Below are positions 7,603 through 16,459 of a stretch of 32,000 nt of DNA, one piece after another. Origin of the DNA: Candidatus Brocadia sp. (GTDB lineage: Bacteria; Planctomycetota; Brocadiia; Brocadiales; Brocadiaceae); the NCBI GenBank assembly GCA_021650915.1, contig CP091279.1, positions 3,180,001-3,212,000 on the forward strand, written 5' to 3'. The notes under the pieces are model-generated. The model ran no database searches. It was not told the DNA's origin and was given only the letters and a program-made list of their open reading frames with translations. Position numbers and translations under genes: made by a program. Positions within the stretch are counted from its first letter, which is position 1. Each line of letters opens with the position of its first letter.

Positions 7603-8904
7603 ATGGCGGAACAACGGAAAAAAGTAGTGCTGGCATATTCGGGCGGGTTGGATACCTCAGTGGCGATTAAATGGATCCCCGAAAAATATCATATGGATGT
7701 TATTACCCTGACCATTGACCTCGGTGCAGTAAAGGACCTGGATGCAATTCGGGAAAAGGCGCTGAAAATCGGGGCGAAAAAGGCAATTGTTCTTGACGCA
7801 AAGGATACCTTTATAAAATATTTTATTTTTCCTGCATTGCAGGCAGGCGCCCTCTACGAAGGTGTTTACCCCCTGGCAACGGCCTTAGGCAGGCCGCTGA
7901 TTGCAAAATTGCTTGCGGACGTGGCGCATGAAGAAAAGGCAGACGCCGTGGCGCACGGCTGTACCGGGAAAGGGAATGACCAGGTGCGTTTGGACGTGTC
8001 CTTGCAGGTACTGAATCCCAAACTGCAAATTATTGCCCCTGTCCGGGAGTGGAAGATGACCCGTGATGAGGAAATCCGGTATGCAGAAGAGCATAATATC
8101 CCGGTGGAAGCAAAGATTAAGAGCCCGTACAGTACGGACGAAAATCTCTGGGGAAGGAGCATTGAGTGCGGAATCCTGGAAGATCCGTGGGCGGAACCGC
8201 CGGAGGAAGTCTTCAAGTGGACAAAAAGCGCACAGGACGCACCAGACGACCCTGAATATCTGGAACTCCATTTTGAAAAGGGCATTCCCGTCGCTCTGAA
8301 TGAAGAGGAGATGGATGGTGTGGTTCTGATTAACACCCTGAATGCACGGGGAGGGAAGCATGGCGTTGGCCGTATTGACCACCTGGAGAACCGGTTGGTT
8401 GGCATCAAATCAAGGGAGATTTATGAATCCCCGGCAGCGGTTATACTGCATGCTGCACACCGGGCGCTGGCGGGGATGATCATGACGAAAGACGCCCTGC
8501 GTTTTAAGGATATTGTTTCTGCGCAGTATGCCGATCTGATTTATAATGGGCTCTGGTTCTCTGCGTTTCACCAGGACCTGGTGGCATACGTTTTAAGCAG
8601 CCAGCGGCTCATGACCGGGACGGTCCGGGTAAGATTATCGAAGGGAACGTGCACCGTTGTGGGGAGGAAATCTCCGTTATCCCTGTATAGCGAAAAGTTG
8701 GCGACGTACCAGAAGGAAGACACCTTTGACCATAGCGCCTCTCTTGGATTTATTAAGATATATGGCCTTCCGGTAAAGATTCAGGCCCAAAAGCAAATGG
8801 ACGTCCTGGCAGGCAAGGAGGCATTGCATCTCGATTCGATCATGCCGCCGAAAATGAAATCTCTGGGCAAAGCAGAGGGGGATAAAAACAAGGTGAAGGA
8901 ATGA
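7603..8904 (+). CDS. argG: Argininosuccinate synthase
   Basis: ATG 7603 is preceded by TAGGAG. VVLAYSGGLDTS is the N-type ATP-PPase P-loop. AHGCTGKGNDQVR, ENLWGRS and ENRLVGIKSREIYE are ArgG signatures. Confidence 0.93.
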   Translation: MAEQRKKVVLAYSGGLDTSVAIKWIPEKYHMDVITLTIDLGAVKDLDAIREKALKIGAKKAIVLDAKDTFIKYFIFPALQAGALYEGVYPLATALGRPLIAKLLADVAHEEKADAVAHGCTGKGNDQVRLDVSLQVLNPKLQIIAPVREWKMTRDEEIRYAEEHNIPVEAKIKSPYSTDENLWGRSIECGILEDPWAEPPEEVFKWTKSAQDAPDDPEYLELHFEKGIPVALNEEEMDGVVLINTLNARGGKHGVGRIDHLENRLVGIKSREIYESPAAVILHAAHRALAGMIMTKDALRFKDIVSAQYADLIYNGLWFSAFHQDLVAYVLSSQRLMTGTVRVRLSKGTCTVVGRKSPLSLYSEKLATYQKEDTFDHSASLGFIKIYGLPVKIQAQKQMDVLAGKEALHLDSIMPPKMKSLGKAEGDKNKVKE

Positions 8905-10658
8905 AAGTGCTCTTACTCTTCCCACCGTCATGGCATCCATCACAGCCCTACCTCAGTTTGCCTTCTTTAACGGCTTTTTTAAGACAGAATGGTGTACCCA
9001 ACGTTGTTCAGCGGGATATCAATATTGAGTTGCTGGATATCCTCCTTACCGAAAAGACCTGCCTTGCATTTTATCAGAAAATACTTGATAAATTAAAGCA
9101 GATAGAGCGTTCCGCTCCATCCCGCCACGCCACGTCATCCGATCAGGAAAGGCGACAGGCGTTAATTCACGCAGTAGAAGCGCTTCCCTTTCTTGCGAAA
9201 AAGGTGGAACGTGCAAAACAAACTTTACGGTCGGAAGGTTTCTACGAACTCGAACGCTATATCGAAAGTGTCAATACCATAAATGATGTGCTCGAGGTTC
9301 TCTCTGCCTTGTATTACCCTTCGTCAATGACGGCGCTCAATAACGATATGCGGTATTCCGTCTATTCATCACAGGAGATTTTTCAGGCGCTTGGCGATGA
9401 AGAAGAAAACATCTTCCTTAATCTGTACAAGGACCATATCCTTGCTTCCGTTCTGGAGTTGTCTCCCACAATTGTGGGGATATCCATCACCAGTACCTCC
9501 CAGATTATTCCAGGCCTGACCCTCGCAAGGTTGATAAAGGACCAAAACAAAGACGCCCATATCACCATTGGCGGAAGTGTTTTTACCAAGCTCATTGAAA
9601 ATGTAAAAAAGATCGATGGGTTGTTTTCGATTGTTGATAGTTTTATCGTTTTTGAGGGAGAGCATGCCCTGCTGGAACTTGTAGCGCAGGTGCATGGCAA
9701 GCAGGATTTTAAAAAGGTTCCTAATCTGATTTATCGGGATAATGCCGTTACGCGGATCAATGAGCCATTTTATACAGAAGATTTAAATAAACTTCCTACC
9801 CCGGACTTTGACGGGCTTCCGCTGAGGCTTTACCACGCACCTGCATCCGTCCTGCCGGTACAAACGTCACGGGGCTGTTATTACGGGAAATGCGCCTTCT
9901 GCAACCTGCATCTCGATCACCGGAATTTTCGTTTGCGCCGGCCGGAATTGCTCCTGGAGGACATTCACAAGCTTTCACAAAAATACAATACGCCGTATTT
10001 CTTCTTCACGGACGAATCAGTTCCGGTCAACCAATTACGCGATATATCTCAAGGCCTGCTGGAAAAGAAACAGGATATTCAATGGATGGGAGGGGTGCGG
10101 TTTGAGCATGCCCTCAATCACGACGTGCTCAGAAAGATGCATGAATCCGGGTGTCAAAAGCTGGTGTTTGGCTTGGAATCATACAATCAGCGGGTATTGG
10201 ATCTCATGAAGAAGGGAACAAAGGCAGATCGTGTGAAAAAGATACTGGATGAATGTCTGAAGATAGGAATATCATTTCACCTCTATATCATTATTGGGTT
10301 TCCGACGGAGACTGAACAGGAGGCCATGGAGACGCTCGGTTTTGTCCTGAACAAAGAATATCTGGATTCACCGGGCTTTTCCTGTTTGCCGTCCCTCTTT
10401 GGGATGGAAAAAGATTCGCCGATTACCTGCAGTCCTTCAGAATATGGATTAAGGAGCATCATGGCGCCAGGCAATGAGGATTTAGGGTTGGGGTATTTTT
10501 ATGAAGTGGAGCAGGGGATGTCTCCGGAAGAGGCGGGGAGGATGTATCATTATGTCATAAGCCAATTAAGCGAGAAGTTGTGTCCATTTCCCTATAATTA
10601 TTCCATGTCTGACGGGTTGTTATATATTGCTCACAGAAAACACGCATTACAGCCATAA
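8901..10658 (+). CDS. B12-binding domain radical SAM protein
   Basis: The start overlaps the argG stop (ATGA at 8901-8904). The N-terminus MKVLLLFPPSW...PYLSLPSLTAFLRQNG resembles a cobalamin-binding Rossmann domain. The radical SAM cluster motif is SRGCYYGKCAFCN (CxxxxCxxC). A helical segment of roughly 150 aa lies between the first strand and the rest of the B12 domain. Confidence 0.85.
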   Translation: MKVLLLFPPSWHPSQPYLSLPSLTAFLRQNGVPNVVQRDINIELLDILLTEKTCLAFYQKILDKLKQIERSAPSRHATSSDQERRQALIHAVEALPFLAKKVERAKQTLRSEGFYELERYIESVNTINDVLEVLSALYYPSSMTALNNDMRYSVYSSQEIFQALGDEEENIFLNLYKDHILASVLELSPTIVGISITSTSQIIPGLTLARLIKDQNKDAHITIGGSVFTKLIENVKKIDGLFSIVDSFIVFEGEHALLELVAQVHGKQDFKKVPNLIYRDNAVTRINEPFYTEDLNKLPTPDFDGLPLRLYHAPASVLPVQTSRGCYYGKCAFCNLHLDHRNFRLRRPELLLEDIHKLSQKYNTPYFFFTDESVPVNQLRDISQGLLEKKQDIQWMGGVRFEHALNHDVLRKMHESGCQKLVFGLESYNQRVLDLMKKGTKADRVKKILDECLKIGISFHLYIIIGFPTETEQEAMETLGFVLNKEYLDSPGFSCLPSLFGMEKDSPITCSPSEYGLRSIMAPGNEDLGLGYFYEVEQGMSPEEAGRMYHYVISQLSEKLCPFPYNYSMSDGLLYIAHRKHALQP

Positions 10659-10699
10659 AAGCCAAAGAGCGCCTGTTCTCTGGATGAAGGGGAGCAAAC

Positions 10700-13387
10700 A
10701 TGGCCGATGAACTTGAGTGGAAAACCAGAAAAGAGAGAATCAACAAAAAGCTTGCTGCGCTTAAACCCGCCTGGAAAATTATCGAATACAAAGAGGGTAT
10801 GGGTACATCCGCTTTTCAATGTCATGCCGTTACCGAATATCCAACCGAAAACGGCCCTGCTGATTATGCCTTTTTTGTCAAAGGAAGGCCTTTGGGAATT
10901 CTCGAAGCCAAGAAAGTAGGTGTTAACCCCCAGAATGTCCTGGAGCAGGCAAAGAGATATTCCAAAGGCGCTTTGAATGGAATAGGGAATTGGAATGGCT
11001 ATCGTGTTCCCTTTCTTTACTCATCAAACGGAGAAATTATCTGGTTTCTTGATGCAAGGGACGGCAAAAACATCCGCAGGCAAATTTCTCATTTTCACAC
11101 AGCAGACGCCCTTGAGGAATTTTTAAAAGATGATAGAGCGCAGGGATTAAAATGTCTGGAAGAAAATCCCATAGACATTGAAAAACTGCGCCACTACCAG
11201 AAAGAAGCAATTGAAGCCGCAGAGAAAGCCATAATTCAGCATAAAAGGGCTATGCTTGTTGCAATGGCAACAGGCACCGGGAAAACTTACACAATGGTTG
11301 CTCAAATCTATCGCTTGCTTCAGTCAAAGGTGGCTCGCAGGATATTATTCCTGGTCGACAGACGGGCGCTTGCAGCCCAGGCTGTCCGTGAATTTGCCTC
11401 ATTTCATACACCGAAGGGGAATAAATTTGACCGGGAATATGAAGTATACAGTCAGCGTTTCCAGCGTGGCGATTTTGATGAGGACAAGCCCTTCGACCCA
11501 AAAGTCCTGCCAAATGAATATCTAACCTCTCCAGGGGAGTCGCATACCTTTGTGTATGTGTCCACGATTCAGAGAATGGCGATCAATCTCTTTGGCAGGG
11601 AACAGGCGTTTCCGCAGGGCAGCAGCGACCCTGATTATGAAGAAGATGCAGAAAGACTGGATATCCCTATTCATGCCTTTGATGTCATCATTGCCGATGA
11701 ATGCCATCGTGGGTACACGGCAAAGGATACTGCTGTCTGGCGGAGTGTGCTGGAACATTTTGACGCCATAAAAATCGGATTGACCGCCACCCCGGCAGTC
11801 CATACCCTTTCACTGTTTCAAGAGGTTGTTTACCGATATACCACGGAGCAGGCGATTCATGATGGTTATCTGGTTGACTATGAGGCTGTCAAAATAAAAT
11901 CCGATGTGCGGATGAAGGGTGTTTTCTTAAAGGAAGGCGACCCTGTCGGTGTTGTAGACACAACCACAGGCGAGGAGATTTACGATGAGCTGGAGGATGA
12001 ACGGGAGTTTTCCTCGGGAGAAATCGAACAAAAAATTACTGCCCCTGAAAGCAACAGGAAGATAATAAAGGAAATTGCCACATACGCATACGAACATGAG
12101 AGGAAAACCGGCCATTTTCCCAAGACATTGATTTTTGCCGTAAACGACCTGCCTCACACCTCTCATGCCGACCAGATTGTCAGGATATGCCGTGAGGAAT
12201 TTCAGCAGGGAGATGGCTTTGTCCAGAAGATTACCGGAAGTCCGAGCGTTGACCGCCCGTTGCAGAAGATCAGGGAATTCAGAAACCGCCCCAATCCCAA
12301 AGTCGTTGTCACGGTTGATATGCTCTCAACGGGAGTGGACATCCCAAGCCTTGAATTCATTGTTTTCCTGAGGCCTGTCAAATCAAGAATCCTCTGGGTC
12401 CAGATGCTGGGCAGGGGCACACGGTTGTGTCCTGAAATAAACAAAGAATCTTTCACAATCTTTGACTGTTTTGACGGCACCCTGATTGAATACTTCAAAA
12501 ACACAACCGACTTTAAAGTAGAACTGCCTGAGAAAGAGCCTTTATCAATACCGCAGGTCATTGAAAATATTTATCAGAATGTTGACAGGGATTATTACAT
12601 CAAGGTCTTGGTCAAACGCCTGCGGCGCATAGAACGCACCATGAGCGGTGAGGCGCGGGCGTTGTTTGCCAATTTTATCGCAGGCGGAGATATAGGGCAA
12701 TTTGCCGGTGAACTGCCCGAAAGACTCAAAAAAGACTTTACCAATACCATGAATCTCCTCCGTGATGAGAAATTTCAGGATTTGCTGGTGAACTACCCAA
12801 GAGCGAAGAGGAGTTTCCTCGTAGGGTACAGCGTGCAGGATGATGTTACATCAGAGGTCATGCTTCGCAAAGGGAAGGACTACCAGAAACCTGAGGACTA
12901 CCTTGTTTCATTCGCCCGCTTTGTGAATGAAAACAAGGCACAGATTGAGGCTATCCGGATTTTATTGGAAAAACCAAAAGACTGGAAAACAGAGGCGCTT
13001 AATGACCTCCGTAAGAAGCTGACAACAAATGACTTTTCTGAAAAAGAACTCCAGAGGGCGCACAAGCTTGTCTACCACAAAGACCTTGCTGATATTATCT
13101 CTATGGTCAAACATGCTGCAAGGGAAGAGGAGCCAATATATACAGCAGAAGAGCGGGTTGATCAGGCGATTCAAAAGGTAATGGCAGGCAAATCATTGAA
13201 TGAGGAACAGCGGAACTGGATGGGGCTTATACGGCAGCATCTTATAACAAATCTTACCATTGACCTTGCCGACTTCGATTATGCCCCTATCTTTGAAAGA
13301 CAAGGCGGCAAAGGAAAGGCAGAGAAGGTCTTTGGGGGAAAACTCGAATCATTGATTTCAGAGATCAATTGCGCAATCGCAGCATGA
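10700..13387 (+). CDS. hsdR: Type I restriction enzyme R subunit (EcoEI/type IB-like)
   Basis: The N-terminal nuclease core is PADYAFF...LGILEAKK. The helicase motifs are MATGTGKT (I), ADECHRG (II) and QMLGRGTR (VI). The long helical C-terminal region resembles the EcoEI R C-terminal domain. Confidence 0.9.
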   Translation: MADELEWKTRKERINKKLAALKPAWKIIEYKEGMGTSAFQCHAVTEYPTENGPADYAFFVKGRPLGILEAKKVGVNPQNVLEQAKRYSKGALNGIGNWNGYRVPFLYSSNGEIIWFLDARDGKNIRRQISHFHTADALEEFLKDDRAQGLKCLEENPIDIEKLRHYQKEAIEAAEKAIIQHKRAMLVAMATGTGKTYTMVAQIYRLLQSKVARRILFLVDRRALAAQAVREFASFHTPKGNKFDREYEVYSQRFQRGDFDEDKPFDPKVLPNEYLTSPGESHTFVYVSTIQRMAINLFGREQAFPQGSSDPDYEEDAERLDIPIHAFDVIIADECHRGYTAKDTAVWRSVLEHFDAIKIGLTATPAVHTLSLFQEVVYRYTTEQAIHDGYLVDYEAVKIKSDVRMKGVFLKEGDPVGVVDTTTGEEIYDELEDEREFSSGEIEQKITAPESNRKIIKEIATYAYEHERKTGHFPKTLIFAVNDLPHTSHADQIVRICREEFQQGDGFVQKITGSPSVDRPLQKIREFRNRPNPKVVVTVDMLSTGVDIPSLEFIVFLRPVKSRILWVQMLGRGTRLCPEINKESFTIFDCFDGTLIEYFKNTTDFKVELPEKEPLSIPQVIENIYQNVDRDYYIKVLVKRLRRIERTMSGEARALFANFIAGGDIGQFAGELPERLKKDFTNTMNLLRDEKFQDLLVNYPRAKRSFLVGYSVQDDVTSEVMLRKGKDYQKPEDYLVSFARFVNENKAQIEAIRILLEKPKDWKTEALNDLRKKLTTNDFSEKELQRAHKLVYHKDLADIISMVKHAAREEEPIYTAEERVDQAIQKVMAGKSLNEEQRNWMGLIRQHLITNLTIDLADFDYAPIFERQGGKGKAEKVFGGKLESLISEINCAIAA

Positions 13388-13806
13388 AAGAGGAGAACCG
13401 CAAAGACGCAAAGGACGCAAAGGGAAAAATGGATATTGAAGAAGTTGGTAAGAAAATAATAGGTGCGGCCATAAAAGTGCATTGTGCTTTAGGTCCTGGT
13501 TTGCTGGAATCATCGTATCAAAAGTGTCTGGATTACGAATTGTGAAAGACAGGATTAAACGTTGAGTGTGAAATGTCCTTGCCAATAAAATACGAGGGTG
13601 TCAGGATTGATGCGGGATATCGGATAGACATGCTGGTGGATAACTGTGTTATTATCGAGAATAAGACTGTTGAAAAAATATTACCTATACATGAAGCCCA
13701 GCTTTTGACCTATCTGAAAATGAAAAACTGCAAACTTGGGTATTTGCTAAACTGGCATGTCATACTTATGAAAGACGGTATAAAGCGGATGGTCAATAAT
13801 TTATAA
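13384..13806 (+). pseudogene. GxxExxY-family PD-(D/E)XK protein, interrupted by an in-frame TGA
   Basis: ATG 13384 overlaps the hsdR stop (ATGA). The translation ...[29 protein letters not shown] carries the GxxExxY motif, then TGA at 13543-13545. The same frame continues KTGLNVECEMSLPIKYEGVRIDAGYRIDMLVDNCVIIENK (D...E-x-K core) to stop at 13806. The track's ORF 13573..13806 is the in-frame downstream half. Confidence 0.75.
13395..13422 (+). repeat. Left 28-bp inverted repeat of the GxxExxY cassette
   Basis: GAACCGCAAAGACGCAAAGGACGCAAAG is three CGCAAAG units. Its reverse complement matches 13902-13929 at 26 of 28 positions by my alignment. Confidence 0.75.
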
Positions 13807-13901
13807 AAATGTTGAACCCAAAAATAGATGATGATGAAAGAGAATAAAAAAATAACACAGGGAAAATTTATAATGTGTGTTTTTAGTTTTTATGGTTCTT
13901 T

Positions 13902-13929
13902 CTTTGCGTTCTTTGCGCCTTTGCGGTTC
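13902..13929 (-). repeat. Right 28-bp inverted repeat of the GxxExxY cassette
   Basis: CTTTGCGTTCTTTGCGCCTTTGCGGTTC is the inverted partner of 13395-13422. It ends 22 nt before the hsdM ATG. Confidence 0.75.
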
Positions 13930-13950
13930 ATTCATAAAGGGAAATAACAC

Positions 13951-15360
13951 ATGTCCGACATCGTAAACAAACTCTGGGGATTTTGCCATACCCTGCGCCA
14001 TGACGGCATCGACTATGGCGATTATATTGAGCAGCTTACCTACCTGCTTTTTCTCAAGATGGCTGACGAAAAGGGCGTCTGCATACCAAAAGACTGCACA
14101 TGGGAAAGCCTGAAAAAAGAGAGCGGAACCAGCCTGCTTGACCATTACTCTGATGTTCTTCGTAAATTGCGGGAAGAAAAAGGATTGCTTGGAGATATCT
14201 TTGCACAGGCAATGCCCCGCTTTAACAATGCCGTAAACCTAAAACGGTTAATCACCATGATTGACGATGAAAAATGGACGGAGATGGACGTTGATGTCAA
14301 AGGGGCTGCATTTGAGGGGCTTCTTGAAAAGGCGGCAAGCGAGGGAAAGAAGGGCGCCGGGCAATACTTTACTCCAAGACCGCTTATTCAGTCTATCGTG
14401 GGGGTTATGAAACCCGATCCACGGGAGACCCCTGATTTTACCATCTGTGATCCCGCCTGCGGCACAGGCGGTTTTTTGATGCGCGCCTATGAATGGCTCA
14501 TGGAGATTACAAAAGGGGCATTGGACAGAAAGGACGTCAAACGGATAAAGACCGCCACGTATTACGGCCAGGAACTTGTGCCTCGTCCAAGGAGGCTTGC
14601 ATTAATGAATCTCTTCCTGCATGGGCTTGAGCCAAAGATATATTTAGGCGATTCTATTTATGAGTCCAAACGCGGTGAACAATACCATTGCATCCTCACC
14701 AATCCGCCGTTTGGCACAAAAGGGGCGAATCAGGCGCCTGAGCGGGACGACTTTACCATAGCCACAAGCAACAAACAACTCAATTTTATCCAGCATGTCA
14801 TGAACATCCTCAGGCGCGGGGGCAGGGCTGCGATTGTCCTGCCTGACAACTGCCTCTTTGAAGACAAGGCAGGAGATGTCTTTGAGATACTGATGCACGA
14901 CTGCAATCTGCATACAATCCTGCGCCTGCCACGGGGGACATTCACGCCATACAGCCCCGGCGTCAAGGCGAATGTTATCTTCTTTCAAAAAGGCGTTCCA
15001 ACTGAGAATGTCTGGATATTTGACGCCCGCTCCAACGTGCCGGGCATTACAAAAAAAGAACGACCTTTGACTCATGCGCATTTTGAAGAATTTGAGAAAT
15101 GCTATGGCAAAGACCCGAATGGACAAGGCAAAAGACAGGACCTGGGAGAGGAAGGCAGATTCAGGAAATTCCATATCAGCGATATAAAAGAAAGGGATTA
15201 CAAGCTTGATATAACATGGCTTAAAGACGAGACGATTGAAGATGCAGACAGCCTGCCTGAGCCGCAGGATTTGGCAAGCGAGGCGATTACGGAACTGGAG
15301 GCAGTGGTGGACGATCTGAGGGATGTGCTTCAATTGATTGAGGCAAATGGAGGGGAATAA
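13951..15360 (+). CDS. hsdM: Type I restriction-modification N6-adenine DNA methyltransferase subunit
   Basis: The HsdM N-terminal domain is KLWGFCHTLRHDGIDYGDYIEQLTYLLFLK. The AdoMet motif is DPACGTGGFL and the catalytic motif is NPPFG. Confidence 0.93.
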   Translation: MSDIVNKLWGFCHTLRHDGIDYGDYIEQLTYLLFLKMADEKGVCIPKDCTWESLKKESGTSLLDHYSDVLRKLREEKGLLGDIFAQAMPRFNNAVNLKRLITMIDDEKWTEMDVDVKGAAFEGLLEKAASEGKKGAGQYFTPRPLIQSIVGVMKPDPRETPDFTICDPACGTGGFLMRAYEWLMEITKGALDRKDVKRIKTATYYGQELVPRPRRLALMNLFLHGLEPKIYLGDSIYESKRGEQYHCILTNPPFGTKGANQAPERDDFTIATSNKQLNFIQHVMNILRRGGRAAIVLPDNCLFEDKAGDVFEILMHDCNLHTILRLPRGTFTPYSPGVKANVIFFQKGVPTENVWIFDARSNVPGITKKERPLTHAHFEEFEKCYGKDPNGQGKRQDLGEEGRFRKFHISDIKERDYKLDITWLKDETIEDADSLPEPQDLASEAITELEAVVDDLRDVLQLIEANGGE

Positions 15361-15364
15361 TCCT

Positions 15365-16456
15365 ATGTCTGAAATCGTTCCACCTGCACGACAGTATGCT
15401 GAATTTCTTGCGAATATCAAACGTACTATTCAGCAGGCGCGCACCCGCGCTTATTATGGGGCAAATAAAGAGCTCATTGGACTTTACTGGAATATCGGCA
15501 GGGAAATAGCCGAACGTCAGGAGCGGGAAGGCTGGGGTAAATCCGTGGTTGAAAGATTATCACGCGACCTGCGCGAGGAATTCCCCGGTCTCTCAGGTTA
15601 CTCATCACAGAATTTGTGGTACATGCGGCAGTTCTATACGGAATATAGAGATTATTCAAATCTCCAACAACTTGTTGGAGAAATTCCATGGGGACAGAAT
15701 CTCATTATTTTATCAAAAGTTAAAAACATCAAGGAAAGAGAATTCTATCTCCGGCTGACGATTAAATCGGGCTGGAGCCGCAATGTCCTTCTTAATCAGA
15801 TAAAAGCAAAGGCATACGAGCGGCAGGTAATGAGCAATAAACAGCACAATTTCACCGAAACATTGCCTGAACATATCGCGCAGCAGGCTAATGAAGCCAT
15901 GAAGGACGTCTATATGCTTGATTTCCTCGGCGTCGGCAAGCCTGTGGTCGAGCGGGAAATGGAACGGCGCATGGTTAACAAAATACGCGATGTCATTCTC
16001 GAACTGGGCTACGGCTTCTCTTTTATAGGCAACCAGTATCGCATAAAGCTTAATGATAAGGAATACTTTATAGATTTGCTGTTTTTTCACCGCAAGCTCA
16101 GAAGCCTTGTGGCTATTGAACTAAAGGCAGGCAGCTTTCAACCGGAATACGCCGGTAAGATGAATTTTTACCTGAACCTCCTTGACGATTTAGTAAAAGA
16201 AGCAGACGAAAACCCTTCTATTGGCATCATTCTCTGCGCCGACCGTGATCGGGTCGAAGTAGAATATGCGTTGAGAGGCATAGACAAACCCGTGGGTGTT
16301 GCAGAATATGTGCTGACGAAGAAATTACCCAAAAATCTTATTGGCAAATTACCCGACTCCAACGTTATCGAAGCGGAGATTCTTAAGGAATTGGGGGCTG
16401 AAAGACCATTGAAAAGTAAACCGAAAATGCGCAAGGCAAAGGGTAAGAGGAAATGA
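15365..16456 (+). CDS. DUF1016/YhcG-like PD-(D/E)XK nuclease-domain protein embedded between hsdM and hsdS
   Basis: ATG 15365 is 4 nt after the hsdM stop, and its own stop is 3 nt before the hsdS ATG. The N-terminus YAEFLANIKRTIQQARTRAYYGANKELIGLYWNIGREI is typical of YhcG-like proteins. The C-terminal nuclease core is YFIDLLFFHRKLRSLVAIELKAG (D...E-x-K). Confidence 0.8.
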   Translation: MSEIVPPARQYAEFLANIKRTIQQARTRAYYGANKELIGLYWNIGREIAERQEREGWGKSVVERLSRDLREEFPGLSGYSSQNLWYMRQFYTEYRDYSNLQQLVGEIPWGQNLIILSKVKNIKEREFYLRLTIKSGWSRNVLLNQIKAKAYERQVMSNKQHNFTETLPEHIAQQANEAMKDVYMLDFLGVGKPVVEREMERRMVNKIRDVILELGYGFSFIGNQYRIKLNDKEYFIDLLFFHRKLRSLVAIELKAGSFQPEYAGKMNFYLNLLDDLVKEADENPSIGIILCADRDRVEVEYALRGIDKPVGVAEYVLTKKLPKNLIGKLPDSNVIEAEILKELGAERPLKSKPKMRKAKGKRK

Positions 16457-16459
16457 CAA

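Noticed and set aside
7866-8408. Two overlapping antisense ORFs of ~165-180 aa inside argG.
   Set aside because: The sense strand is a clear argininosuccinate synthase. The antisense products are Ser/Arg/Cys-rich and implausible.
13543-13545. The in-frame TGA in the GxxExxY gene read as selenocysteine or programmed read-through.
   Set aside because: I could not find a convincing hairpin immediately downstream. As I recall, this position in the family is a basic residue rather than Cys, so CGA to TGA nonsense is simpler. Sequencing error remains possible.
14644-15420. A 258-aa ORF antisense to hsdM.
   Set aside because: The opposite strand carries complete HsdM motifs. There is no RBS or family resemblance, so it is a shadow ORF.
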